Part shown: positions 1 through 14,745 of the stretch, in pieces
How the letters are laid out: each line of letters begins with the position of its first letter
How positions within the stretch are numbered: the first letter of the stretch is position 1
From: Eledone cirrhosa
Taxonomy: Eukaryota
NCBI GenBank assembly: GCA_964016885.1
Contig: OZ024743.1
Coordinates: 269,390,001-269,454,000, forward strand
DNA: 64,000 nt
Direction: 5' to 3'
Made by a program: the position numbers and the translations under genes
Notes under the pieces: generated by a model
Database searches by the model: none
What the model was told of the DNA's origin: nothing
The model's input: the letters and a program-made list of their open reading frames with translations, nothing else

Positions 1-246
1 GTTGTTGTTGCTGTTGTTGTTAATTCTGTTGCTGATGTTGTTTTTTGTCGTTGTTGTTGTTAATGTTGCTGCTGTTGTTGTTTTTGTTGTTGTGATTGAC
101 GTTATTCTTAAATTGTTTTGATATGCGTAAGTTGAATTATCGCAACAAGTCACAACTCGTTACACACACATTCACACACACATACACACATACACTCACA
201 TAGACTCACGCTCTCTCACACATACACACACACACGCACACATATA

Positions 247-290
<44 letters not shown>

Positions 291-668
291 CAGACACACA
301 CAGACACAGTCACACAGATGGAAACCCACACACATGTATACACATGGACTACACATACAGACAAATGGACACAGACGCATACACAACAAATACACACACG
401 CTTATGCATGGTAACCCACATAGAAATGGACATATAAACACATACATACACGTATTTATACACAGTAACGTCACATGCTAAAAATAATGAGTAGAAACAT
501 TGTAGTCATCTGTGAATATTCACGTATTTGAAGACGAAATCTTCCTGTAAAGGTGTTCAGATCTAAAAACAATAAACAAGGGAGACCATTAGAGAGGTCT
601 GGGAGTTCTGGCATTAAAATCACTCATCATATAACTATTTAGAGTTTAACGTACGTGTATGTGTCAGC

Positions 669-718
<50 letters not shown>

Positions 719-1036
719 TCACACACACACACACACATATATATATATAAGTGGATTAGAATGAAACGAAATTTCGTTTCTCACTCTTTGTACGGCACTT
801 ACTTAAATGTAAGTATGTATGTATGTATGTATACGTACATACATATATGTATACAGACGTACAGTAGTATGTATATATATATACATACATGCACATATAT
901 ATATATGCACGTATCGGTTTACCGAACATTTATTATAATGCTCGGTTTGTTTGTTTGTAAACAAACAAACAGCCCGAATTACGCCGTACATTGTTTAGGC
1001 AACCACGTCACCTTTTTGTTCAACACTGATACAGGA

Positions 1037-1079
1037 ACGATGTACTAGTTTCAAGCTTATTAGCTATCGTCAGCATCGT
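1037..1079 (-). ncRNA. Type I minimal hammerhead ribozyme (family A, copy 1)
   Basis: Minus strand reads ACGAUG-CUGACGA-U AGCU AAUA AGCU U-GAAAC UA GU-A-CAUCGU: 6-bp stem I, intact core, palindromic stem III (ACUAGU), GUA cleavage triplet. Confidence 0.85.
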
Positions 1080-1483
1080 ATACCTTCCTGCCAGATGGTT
1101 GAACGTCTGAAAGTATATACTTTCCTTATGCATATTAACGGCTGAGCATCCTGATTTGCATATCGAGTGAGTTCAGTCGGCCGGGCGCACCGAAAACGAT
1201 AAATGGAATAGAATGAAACGAAATTTAATTTCTCACTATTAGTACGGCACTTACTTAAATGTAAGTATGTATGTATGTATACGTACATACATATATGTAT
1301 ACAGACGTACAGTAGTATATATATACATACATACATGCACACATATATATATGCACGTATCGGTTTACCGAACATTTATTATAATGCTCGGTTTGTTTGT
1401 TTGTAAACAAACAAACACCCCAAATTACGCCGTACAGTGTTTAGGCAACCACGTCACCTTTTTGTTCAACACTGACACAGGAA

Positions 1484-1524
1484 CGATGTACTAGTTTCAA
1501 GCTTATTAGCTATCGTCAGCATCG
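1484..1524 (-). ncRNA. Type I minimal hammerhead ribozyme (family A, copy 2)
   Basis: Same motif 446 bp downstream, with 5-bp stem I CGAUG/CAUCG. Confidence 0.85.
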
Positions 1525-1728
1525 CATACATTCAAAACAAACCGAGCATTATAATAAATGTTCGGTAAACCGATACGTGCATATATATATGTGTGCATGT
1601 ATTTATATATATACATACTACTGTAATAATAATACGTTTAGACAGCTTAGCAAATCAAATTTGGCGATCGGCAGTCCAGCCGCACCACTAGAGCAACGAA
1701 AATACAGGAGTCAGGAAAAGATATATAC

Positions 1729-1850
<122 letters not shown>

Positions 1851-2140
1851 TGTGTCAGCGGAGACGATAAAAACAAATGACGAAATATACACACTAGTAT
1901 TTCAGTATGCATATGTAGATGTAATTTTTAAAACTTAATTGTTTAAGCGTCAGTCATACAAAAGTGAGTTACAAACGAAACGAAATTTAATTTCGTTTCG
2001 TCATTTGTTTTTATCGTCTCCGCTGAACCGGTGCGTACTCACACTCTATGTAAATTAGTCTGCCCACTACTAATTTTCATAGAAAAAGCATATAACGATA
2101 TGTGCTTTTACAATTCTCCAGAAAGGCCGGTAGATAGGTA

Positions 2141-2185
2141 AATATTGCTGATAAGTTGTAACAACAACGAAACTAGTTCAATATT
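2141..2185 (+). ncRNA. Type I hammerhead, family B copy 1, G8A core mutation (probably inactive)
   Basis: AAUAUUG-CUGAUAA-GUUG UAACAA CAAC-GAAAC UA GU-U-CAAUAUU. Confidence 0.7.
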
Positions 2186-2607
2186 CCTTGTCTGGCTTTC
2201 TGAAGAATAGAGGGAAGGTGTTCCCTCAAAAACCAGTATGACTCTAAAAACCGGTTTGTCTGTGTGTTTACATACAGAATAGCTGGGTGCTCACAGTAAA
2301 GCAACCAGTGAAAGACTTGTTACATATACATATGTATACGTGTGTGTATTCATATACACACTAGTATTTCAGTATGCATATGTGGATGTAATTTTTTAAA
2401 CTTAATTGTTTAAGCGTCAGTCATACAAAAGTGAGTTACAAACGAAACGAAATTTAATTTCGTTTCGTCATTTGTTTTTATCGTCTCCGCTGAACCGGTG
2501 CGTACTCACACTCTATGTAAATTAGTCTGCCCACTACTAATTTTCATAGAAAAAGCATATAACGATATGTGCTTTTACAATTCTCCAGAAAGGCCGGTAT
2601 ATAGGTA

Positions 2608-2652
2608 AATATTGCTGATGAGTTGTAACAACAACGAAACTAGTTCAATATT
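2608..2652 (+). ncRNA. Type I minimal hammerhead, family B copy 2 (canonical core)
   Basis: AAUAUUG-CUGAUGA-GUUG UAACAA CAAC-GAAAC UA GU-U-CAAUAUU: perfect 7-bp stem I, G10.1-C11.1 pair, palindromic stem III. Confidence 0.9.
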
Positions 2653-2950
2653 CCTTGTCTGGCTTTCTGAAGAATAGAGGGAAGGTGTTCCCTCAAAAAC
2701 CAGTATGACTCTAAAAACCGGTTTGTCTGTGTGTTTACATACAGAATAGCTGGGTGCTCACAGTAAAGCAACCAGTGAAAGACTTGTTACATATACATAT
2801 GTATACGTGTGTGTATTCATATACACACTAATATTTCAGTATGCATATGTAGATGTAATTTTTTAAACTTAATTGTTTAAGCGTCAGTCATACAAAAGTG
2901 AGTTACAAACGAAACGAAATTTAATTTCGTTTCGTCATTTGTTTTTATTT

Positions 2951-3067
<117 letters not shown>

Positions 3068-3083
3068 TATATATATATATATA

Positions 3084-4425
<1,342 letters not shown>

Positions 4426-4460
4426 CTCTCTCTCTCTCTCTCTCCCTCTCTCTCCCTCTC

Positions 4461-4593
<133 letters not shown>

Positions 4594-4952
4594 GAAAATA
4601 AAATTAATGTAAGCAAAATGCCAACAACAGTTCAGGCATATAAGTGACTATACCATCAAGATGAAAAAAAATTTTAATGTAAGATGAGGGAAAAAGTAAT
4701 ACAATCTTAATTAAAAATAAATCAAGAAGAAAAACTTTGTCATCAAACTTTGTGTAAGTTGGGGAAAAAGCAATACAATACACACATTCAAACACACACA
4801 CACACACGCACACACATATGCATATATATATATATATACATATATACATATATATAAATATATTTATATATGTATATATATATAAGTGTATATATATATA
4901 TATATATATATACTACACATATATATATATACATATATACATATATATATAC

Positions 4953-5022
<70 letters not shown>

Positions 5023-5038
5023 ATATATATACATATAT

Positions 5039-5095
<57 letters not shown>

Positions 5096-5152
5096 TATAT
5101 ATATACATATATAAATATATTTATATATATATATATATATGCTGACACATAC

Positions 5153-5225
<73 letters not shown>

Positions 5226-5588
5226 TGTGTGTGTGTCTTTGTTTGTGTGTACATAGGTATATATGCGAAAAGTAAACGAATAAACAACACACTAAAAAGA
5301 TACAGTAAAATGAAGATATATATTAGTTAAACGCTTTATATAGTAGGAAAATTCTTTTAATTTCGGATGTGAGTCCTTCATCAGAAAAATAGACATGAGT
5401 GAGAAGTGGAAGAAATGAAATAAATTTCTTTTGTACATTTTCTATTCCTCTGTGCTGCATCCCAATGTGCACTGGAATTAATAGTATCAACCTTGATTAT
5501 CTGAAACTATAGTGATTTCCAGAACTTGACTGATGAGAATGGACTGTCCGTTTTTCTGTTGATATTGGCTTTAATACAAACACACATT

Positions 5589-5699
<111 letters not shown>

Positions 5700-5929
5700 G
5701 CGTGTGTGTGTGTTTGTGTTTGTGTGTGTGTGTAGTAAAAATCGGTGAATGGGAAAAAGGAAAAAGGAAAACAGTGTCCAATCTGGTATCAGAACTGATA
5801 TATTATATTATTTATTTAGGTTAATAGAAAAACCAATTATCCAATTATGACCATCGCTCCAGACTAAACAGAGTAGAAGAGAGACCAAATTTGTGACTTT
5901 GTCGTATATATATATATATGTATATATAT

Positions 5930-5992
<63 letters not shown>

Positions 5993-8631
5993 AGTGAGAG
6001 TGTGTGTGTATGCGTATGTGAGTGTATGTATGTGTGTGCTGGTGTTGGTGCAACAACAGCACCAACCCCAACAACGCCACCATCACCAACAACAACAATA
6101 CCAAAACAGTAGTAATAATAGTAACAGCAACAGTGTCTGATAGGGAGGGAGAGACGAAGACAAAGAATAAAAGGAGTAATGATCATCAATGTGAGAGAGA
6201 TAGAGAGAGGGGGGAGAGAGAGTGATTGTGATGGAGAGAGAGAAAAAGAGAGTGAGAGGGAGAGGGGTGTGTAGATATAACGTGAAAGACAGAATGTGTC
6301 AGGGAGGTGGGGATTGAGACACAGAGAATGAACCGCACACACAGATAGACAGTGTCAGAGTGTGTGACGCACACATATATATACATAGACACATACGCAC
6401 ACATGCTCTCTTATACAAACGCGTACAAGAAGACATAAACTTATACAAACGCGTACACATACACATACACAAAGACGCACGTACATGCGCAAACGCATAA
6501 CTTGGCTCACTCATAGGTACACTTAGGCACTCACATACATGCATACACACACATACACAGATATATATATATATAGAGAGAGAGGCATGCACGCACAGAC
6601 ACACACACACATGCATACACAAGCACACGTATACATACACACACACATTTACGCACACACATAAACACACATAGACACACACACGCACGCACACACCCAC
6701 ACACAGAGAGAATATTGATACAAACGCAGCAGTGAAAAAATGGCCGCAAGTGGGTAAAAAGTTAGAATTAACAGAAAAAGACGAAGTATGTTCCAGAATA
6801 TGTCTGTTGAATAAACACCACAATAACACAGACAGTCAAGTTTTTTCACAGTTTGAAATTATTTCTGGATTTATTTATTGTCTGATTCAGTGATTTTTAA
6901 ACATTCATTGTTTGTTTGTTTTAATTTGCATTTGTGTACATAACATGGACGAGCAGTTTAGAAGTTGTCTTCGTAATCACAATGTCTCGAACTCGATCTC
7001 ACTCTGTGCTATTTTGGTTGCGTGCCATTTACCATAGCCCCCCCCCCCCCCCCCGGTCAGCTTATGTCTTGTGACTTAACTGGCTAGACAGAAACTGTGG
7101 ACACAGCACATCCGAATGGTTATAAAATCTTCTTTATAATTATAAGGAACCACGTTCGATCCCACTGCACAAGAGTTAAGTTCCCATCACTTTACGTTTT
7201 ACTTACCAGAATGTAACCAATGTTCTATGTTATCTAATATCACAGTTTTGTTGATTGACAATTGTTCAACAAATTCCAAGATTAATATTACTTTACAGAC
7301 TTCAACATTCATTTGGACAAAAACCTGGCACAAACTGTAAATATTTAATGACGTAAACACAGCGGAAATAAATATCAGTCGAGGCACAACAAAGGTAACC
7401 TCAGTGAGACAATAAAATAAATTAATCCACAAAAAATAATGATAGTTTAGAGACATCAGGTATATAATCTTATATCAAAAGCAACCTTAGTGGCTTCAGA
7501 TATAAAATAATATACCAAATTCATTAAGTTGACACATAGCTGTAACTTTAGCAAAATATGACTAACGTAATCAACAGGCCACAGGAAAATTACTAAAGCA
7601 ACCAATGAATACGCGAGAAACAAATACTCGGCTCTAGCGAAAACACTACACAGTGTAGAAAATAAGATGCGATTCAGTGATAAACAAACAAAGACGGATC
7701 GATTATTGAATTGTCCAATAGCAAACGATATAGAGATAATTTTCTTTTGGGGAAAACGACTTCAGAATAACAGGATCAGGGAAACGAAATACAGATTAAC
7801 AATAGAAAAGCTGAACAAAGGAAAAAACAAACAAATAAACAACGAATTATCAAATGAAGCGAAAACAACCATAAAGAATACCATAATAAAATAACATTAG
7901 AAACCAGTCAATGGAAACTATAGCGTTAGTAAAAAAATGTATAAGCTCCAATGTGTAGAAGAAACCAGCCCAACTGTATTAAAACGGCCAGATATTAGAA
8001 GAGGCAGACTTAGTTATCTTATAAACCAGAGTTTTCCAAACTATCTGTTGTGGTACTTTAGTGTGACGTTGACAATCTTTAGTTGTTTCGAGAAATTAAG
8101 TAAGAATCGATCATTTTTTTAACGATTATTTAACCGTGAAGTATATTTGGAATCAGACAACTCTACATCCAAATAGACACGTGACTGGTGACACATGCAA
8201 GGCTAGTACCCAGATATTTAACTCCCTTCCTAGACTAGACCTAAAATGTGTGTTCTCCCAGTTATGCACTTCAATATACTCAACTTTCAGTTTAGCAGGA
8301 TGATGAGCCTACTGTTTAATGATAACAATATTACTATGCCTGCATTTTCCACTAGACATCTCAACACCAAATCACGTGACAGGTCATAACAACGTACAGT
8401 CCTCACCACTGCTTTGGATATTTTTACGAGACGAAGATGTTTAGGGATTTATCTATTGATCCCATAAAATTATATATTTAAGCTAATTATACGAATTTGT
8501 ATAAAACTCATCTTTTATGAATCAGTAATATACTTCATTGAGGTCTGCGCCCTAGATAACTGCCTACTTGTCCTAATTGTTTGTACTAGCCCTGGATAGG
8601 GATATGATATTCAATTATATATATGTATATG

Positions 8632-8693
<62 letters not shown>

Positions 8694-8754
8694 AAAAATT
8701 ATCGCTCTACATGGCTGAATACAATAAATGTAATCTGAGTTTTTCGAATATTAA

Positions 8755-8904
8755 TATTAATATTCGATTCGCTTGCAATTATGCAAACAGCCTCTTTTTT
8801 ATAGCCAACCCAAGAGCAAGAATGGGGGACTCATTTTACTGACATGGCTATATAAAAAAAGAGGCTGTTTGCATAATTGCAAACGAATCGAATATTATTA
8901 TTAA
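8755..8904. repeat. Short foldback (~55-bp inverted arms)
   Basis: aatattcgattcgcttgcaattatgcaaacagcctctttttt / aaaaaaagaggctgtttgcataattgcaaacgaatcgaatatt. Confidence 0.8.
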
Positions 8905-8905
8905 T

Positions 8906-9110
8906 AGGCGCGATGGATTGGCAGTATCAGTAGAGGGTCAGACGCCATGCTTTCTAGCATAGTTATGTCTCTTTATGATCTGAGTTCAAATCCCGCCGAG
9001 GTTAACTTTGCCTTTCATCCTTACGGGGTCGATAAAATAAAGTACCAGTAATGCACTGGGTAATTGCTGGCCTTGTGCCTAAAGTAGAAACAATTATTAT
9101 TATTATTATT
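8906..9110 (+). mobile_element. tRNA-derived SINE with (ATT)n tail
   Basis: B-box GAGTTCAAATCC and conserved body gcctttcatccttacggggtcgataaaataaagtaccag. Homologous copies at ~17750-17956(-), ~57930-58105(-), ~63200-63390(+). Confidence 0.85.
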
Positions 9111-12100
9111 ACAGCTGCATTTATCTTGCTTTATGTTCATACGAGATATCACCAAGTCACAACCAGTGACATCAAGAGACAACAAGGTCCGCCATGTTCA
9201 AGAAACAACATACATACACACACATGCATCTTTAGGTGTTTAGACTTGTGATGTACTTATATTGACAGAATCTTCCTTAGTATATGGGCAGTTCCCATTA
9301 GTACTATCTTTTGTATTTCTCCTATACGCGGGTTTCCTGGGATTTGCGATAAGTAATCATTAGACCCCTTAGCTATCATTCCTAGAGCGCCTACAACTAC
9401 TGGTATTGTTTTAGTTCTCAATTTCCACATTTTTCCAATTTCTATCTCCAGGTCCTTATACTTGCTCAATTTTTCAAATGTTTTTATAGATACATATCAA
9501 TTAGCAGGCATACCCTCTTTTTAAAGTCCTTCAATATTATATCAGGTCTATTTGCATCTATTTTTCGGTCTGTTTGTATGTTAAAGTTCCACAAGATTGA
9601 GATGAGATCTTTTTCAAGTATGGGAGGTGGTTGATGCTCCCACCAATTCTTTTGATGGGGCAGGTCAAAATGCTTACACATTATCCAATTGTGCAGCTCT
9701 GTCATGCCTGTTTAGGTATTCGGTTGGGGCTATAGGACTGCACATTGAAATTATATGATCAATGGTCTCTGGTTGTTTTTTACATACACGGCACAATGGG
9801 TTGCATCCATTTTTTATTATGTTGGCTTGGTAATTTTTTGTTGGCAGACACTGATCTTGTGCTGATATAATCAGTCCTTCAGTCTCTGATTTCAGTCCAG
9901 AGTATGCCAACCACTGAAGGGTTAAAGTTTTGTCAACATAAGGATTGTTAGCTCTTTCTGGGTATTTTCCATACATAAGCTTTTTTTGCCAGTTCTTAGC
10001 CAGTTTCTGTAGCAGTTCTTTCTTTGCAGTTACTTTTACCTGCTTTGCTTTTTCTGTGTTTTCCATTTCAGCAGTAAATGGGACTTCTGAAATTTGTAGT
10101 TCATTACTGTATCTTTGTGCATCTTTTGCAATGGAGTATGATCTTTTGATGCTTTCGTGTTTCAAAATGAGTTTGATCATACAATCATGTGATTCCCTTA
10201 GATATGTAGATAATCCAATTGTTGCAGTTTTCAACGCAATATCTAACTGGATTAACCCACGTCCTCCTTCTTTCCTAGGGAGTAATATTCTATCTGTATC
10301 TGCCTTAGGGTGATGCATTCTGTGCATGGTTAAGAATTTTCTAATTTTTATATCGAGCCTACGGATCTCTGTGCTTGACCAGTTGATGACATTGTAACTG
10401 TAGGTTACTACTGGTATGGCAAGCGTGTTTATGGCATCGATCCTATTCCTTGCATTCAATTCCGTTCTTAAGATTGCTCTTACTCTGCGGTAACATTCCT
10501 TCCTTATCTTTTCCCTCGTTGTCGAGTGCTTGATTCCGTCTCCTTCACAAACACCTAGATATTGGTAAGTTTCATCTTGATCAAGTTCTCTTATCACATT
10601 CCCCCGATCAAGATTATTGTCTGAACTTTTCAGCAGCTTTCCTCTGGTGAACGTTGCTTTGGCGCATTTATCTAGTCCAAACTCCATTTTAATGTCATCA
10701 CTGAACTGCTCCACAGTGGATAATAGCCCTTGCAATTGTTCATCATTTTTTGCAAATAGTTTCAGGTCATCCATGTAGAACAAGTGATTAATGGTTTTGT
10801 CATAGACTTTATATCCATGTTTTGTTTCATTGAGCATTTTGCTTAATGGTATAAGTGCGATGCTGAATAAAAGCGGTGATAAAGAGTCACCCTGAAAAAT
10901 TCCACAATTAATACTAACTTCTCCAGCTCGTTTACACCCTTTCTGCTCAATGGGAAATAGGTCATTTGTTATCAGGTGGTCATATGTGTATTCAGTTAGG
11001 ACTGATGTTAAAATTTTATACATTGTGGTCAAGCAAGTTATCGGTCTGTAATTTTTGGGATTGTTTGTCTCATCATTCTTCGGAAGCAGGAATGTAATGC
11101 CGTTAACTAGCCATGATGGTATCTTTTCTGGCTCCTTAACTATTTCATTGTAAAGTTGGGCTAACAGCTCATGAGACTCTGTGAAGGCATTTATCCAAAA
11201 GTTTTGTATTTTGTCTTTTCCTGGGGATTTCCATTTGCTGGTTTTTCTTAGAGCCAAGCGCAACTGTTCAACTGTTATATTTTCCCATATTTGTTCCTCA
11301 AGGTGAGCTGTATCTTTCATTTGTCTGTCTATCCATGGGGCATGTATGTTATGAACTTTTTCTTCGGCCCAGATCTTTTCCCAGAATTCTTGCACTTCCT
11401 CCTTGGGTAGTATTGATTTAGCAGTTATTGTTGACTTACCAATTTTTCTGTAGAAGTTTCTTTGGTTGTTTTTGAACATATTATTGTCCTTATAGAATCT
11501 AGATCGTTTTTCAAAGCGCCTTATACGAGCAGCTTTGGCCGACACTTTTTGCTTGATTATTTCTATCAGCATGTCTATGTCACTTGTTGATTTTATACTG
11601 TACTTTTTTTTCAATTTTCTAAGTTTAGTTTGTTTAACATGTTCACCTACTTTATAGTTTGTTAAAATTTCTATGTCAGATCGGAGAAGGTTTATTTGGC
11701 GATTGATGTTCTCTTGTCAAGTAGATTTCTTGTGGGAATTCCTTTGTTTTTTCATCTTCACTCCACATAAGTGAGTGGTGACTTTAGCCGATGCATAATA
11801 GAGATGATTTAAATCAGTAATGTTTAGTTTGTTTGTGATGATAATGTTTTTGAGAATTATGTTAGTCTTGTGTATTATCTTTTGGTTCTGTTTAGAGTTC
11901 TGGATCTTAGGGAGGGTGTCTCGTTGCCCCATGTCAGATTCTCTCATTTTCATCCATTCGATCATAATTTCATCCTTCAAGTTGGCAAGTTCATTCACAT
12001 TCATTTCTTTATCATTTACGATCTCATTATTTTCATTTGGAGTTTCATCTTGAGCATGCACTCCCTCCACTTTTTCGATCCTTTCTTTAATTTGTTCTGT

Positions 12101-12790
12101 TGCCAGTGATTCCGCCCCAACTCTGGGATTCGAAGTGTTACAATTTACCTCGTTTTCACTGACACATGTTTCATTTTCCCTTCGCTGACTTTGTGCTAAT
12201 AGCTTGATCTGATCAATTTCTATATCAGTTAGTAACTTTTTTCTAACAATATTATTACGTATATTGGCTAGTTTGTTACTGTCAATATAGCCTCTGTTTT
12301 CGGGATGTTTCTTTTTCCAGTTGATATATGTCTGTTCTGTATTCGATGTATTTGATGGGTAGTACATGGCAGTGTAGAAAGCCTCAAGGACTTCTTTATT
12401 ATCTTCCCTTGACCATTTTTCTCTCTTTTTCTTTGGATTTCTTGGTGGTGAGCATGGAGGGCCAACAGTAGGAGTATTCCGGTTATGGGAGGTCTCCAGC
12501 TCCGAAGTGATGGGAAGGTTTGAACCATTAGCTGATTTTTCGACCCCAGTCTGGTTCCTCTCTGAGGGACGCGGCCCTTTTTTACCCGGGTGACGGCCGA
12601 TCCGGTATGAGATTTTATCATTAGACATTTACTTTATTTTGTCGCGTTTTATCCTTATCCGCCAAGGGGTAATCATTTCGTGTTACCACTTCTAGAACGA
12701 GTGTCAACCAAGACTAGAGGGGTCGTTCTCCCCTAGAGACACGGCTATTCCCCGCCGGCCGCCATCCCGGTATTTCTTGGTCACGGGGTT
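9111..12790 (-). mobile_element. Near full-length Dong/R4-clade non-LTR retrotransposon (RT + CCHC + restriction-like endonuclease), inactivated
   Basis: One ancestral ORF is split into 11717..12628, 9674..11614, 9484..9705 and 9257..9469 by an in-frame stop and frameshifts. Motifs: KSPGKDKI, NYRPITCL, GIFQGDSLSP, LFYMDDLKL, CRVC..ETIDHIISMC, NRPDII, KYKDL. The 3' end runs into (TAA)n. Confidence 0.93.
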
Positions 12791-12867
12791 TTCTTTTTGT
12801 TGTTTTTTTTAAATTGTTATTATCATGAGTGGTTCCTTAATGTGAGCATTGCGTGGTTTAAGAATGA

Positions 12868-12925
12868 AATTATTAATAATTGTCTCCACTCCAGGCACAA
12901 GGCCAGCAATCACCCAGTGCATTAC
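12868..12925 (-). mobile_element. 3' fragment of the same SINE family
   Basis: Reverse complement matches gtaatgcactgggt.attgctggccttgtgcct seen at 9047-9090. Confidence 0.7.
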
Positions 12926-13124
12926 AATAATATAATATACTTTTTGCTGAAGTTGCCTGTTATTGTTGTTGGCTATGTCGGTGGTGGTGATGGGGCTTTT
13001 TATATTGTTGGTGAGGAAGGGGTGAGCCAGCAGTGCCATAGTTGTTGATGTTGACGTTTGGCCGGTGGCCAGGTCACTAAGTCAATCTATTTATATCTTT
13101 TGCTAGCCTCTCCCTTGTCTAGTG

Positions 13125-13159
<35 letters not shown>

Positions 13160-13169
13160 GATTATTATT

Positions 13170-13402
13170 ATGACTGGTGGTCAGGGCCACTGTGGTCTTT
13201 TAATGGGCTTTCTCCACAAATGTCCCTCGGAAGTCTCCCACCTATTGGGGAATTTTTCTTTGTTATTTTATTTCATCCTCTGTTTTTTTTACACGCAGAA
13301 ATGCCCATTTGTACCGTCCTGTATTGTCCTGTACTGTCCTTAATGTCTACTTTATGTAAACCCTTGTGGTTAATAAAGAAAACTTTATTATTATTATTAT
13401 TA
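13170..13402 (+). mobile_element. 3' UTR fragment of a Tx1/L1-type LINE with (ATT)n tail
   Basis: Ends tgtaaacccttgtggttaataaagaaa, similar to the 3' ends at 32500-32520 and 35740-35770. Flanked by (ATT)n. Confidence 0.6.
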
Positions 13403-13404
13403 TT

Positions 13405-14345
13405 CCTTGAATCTCAGTCATTGATGTTAGTTAACTGGAAAGTCCGTTGGAATGAATATTAAGCCACTACCTGCAGCCTCAGATATTCAGAACGTATCGG
13501 AGGGTTCTTGCTGTTCCCAGCAAGCATGCCTTTTGAAGCGTTCCAAAAAGCGTGAAGGGGCCGATTTTCTTTAACCATCCCTGGAAACTTTTGGAGATAG
13601 TCCCCAGTGCGCCCATGACAATCGGGATCACTTTGACTTCATGGCAGTTCCAAATCCTTTTTACCTCCCACTTTAAGTCCTGGTATCGGTTAATTTTCTC
13701 CCTCTCCTTCTCTTGCACTCTCGTGTCGAATGGGCAGGCCACATCCACAATCAGACACGATCTTTTTTCTTTGTCCACAACCACCAGGTCAGGTCTATTG
13801 TGTTCCAGTTTCTTGTCCGTCTGTATCCTAAAATCCCACAGCACCTTCACCTGATCGTTCTCCATCACCGCCTCTGGCTTATGCTCATACCATTTCTCAG
13901 AATGTGGTAAATTGTTTACTTTGCACAGGTGCCAGTGGATCACCCTGCCCATCACATCATGTCTCCAGCCTTTATAGTGGGTCTGGGCTAGGTGTTTACA
14001 CTCGGATACAATGTGAGCCACAGTCTCCTCTCTCTCTCCACAGATCCTGCACAGTGGGCTAGCCTCCTCCTTGTAAATATGGTGTTTCAACCACTTCGTT
14101 TTGAGGGCCTGCTCCTGCGCAGCCATTAACATTCCTTCTGTAGCGTTTTTAAGGTCTCCTCTTTTTAACCAGTTCCATGTCTGTGGATTTCTAAATTCAG
14201 TTTTCTCAAAGAAGGTACTATGAAGGGATTTTTCCTGAAGGCTGCTTTTTCTCCTTGATGTTATTTCCTCCTTGGACATCCCCTGGCCTATTGTCCCCTC
14301 CTTCAGTACAGTTCTGAGCATTGGCTCCTTACTATCAGTCACGTA
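13405..14345 (-). mobile_element. 5'-truncated second Dong/R4-type LINE (CCHC + restriction-like endonuclease region)
   Basis: ORF 13479..14342 has TEGMLMAAQEQAL, CRICGEREETVAHIVSEC, HNRPDLVV, VDVACPFD, KINRYQDL. (TAA)n on both sides. Confidence 0.92.
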
Positions 14346-14350
14346 TTTGT

Positions 14351-14401
<51 letters not shown>

Positions 14402-14544
14402 AAACAATGAGTTATATGGTTTGTTAATTATCATTCAACAAAGTCAATTTTATAACAGATTTGAAGCACTCTACGCTTTTATCTGGATTACTATTAATAT
14501 TAACAATATTGATAAACAGAAAATATCTTTATAATACCATATTT

Positions 14545-14601
14545 ATTTTATTGTACGTATTTCAAGGACACATAATTTTAGTGTGCTTTCGTCAGATAAA
14601 A
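14545..14601 (-). ncRNA. Hammerhead-like motif, family F inverted copy (U16.1 mutated)
   Basis: UUUUAU-CUGACGA-AAGCACAC...UGUGUCCUU-GAAA UACGUA CA-AUAAAA. Confidence 0.55.
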
Positions 14602-14687
14602 ATATAATATTTGGTGTTAGCGAGCTTATACTATTAAGTCTACGCTATGGTATGTCAATATCTTAACACCAAATATTATATTATTAT

Positions 14688-14745
14688 ATTTTATCTGATG
14701 AAAACACACTAAAATTTTGAGTCCTTGAAATATGTATAATAAAAT
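14688..14745 (+). ncRNA. Type I hammerhead, family F, within an inverted duplication (~14500-14795)
   Basis: AUUUUAU-CUGAUGA-AAACAC...GUCCUU-GAAA UAUGUA U-A-AUAAAAU: 7-bp stem I, AUA triplet. Third copy at ~30963-31020. Confidence 0.65.

Larger units (their letters stand above)
749..1625 (-). mobile_element. Hammerhead-bearing non-autonomous element, family A (about 446-bp unit in partial tandem plus inverted terminal segment)
   Basis: Sequence from ~758 recurs at ~1209. 1535-1625 is the reverse complement of part of the unit. The left end abuts (TA)n. Another truncated copy lies at ~45165-45365. Confidence 0.8.
1851..2948 (+). mobile_element. Hammerhead-bearing element, family B (467-bp unit x ~2.3 with short inverted 5' segment), between (TA)n tracts
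   Basis: Near-identical repeats at 467-bp spacing. 1855-1885 is the reverse complement of an internal segment (tttcgtcatttgtttttatcgtctccgctga). Confidence 0.85.

Noticed and set aside
5345-5395. Hammerhead on minus strand (CUGAUGA-A-GGA CUCACA UCC-GAAA)
   Set aside because: Stem III is essentially missing, so it is counted only as a degenerate remnant.
7199-7456. Minus-strand coding exon ending at a GTAAGT donor
   Set aside because: No recognisable protein similarity, clear acceptor or partner exon.
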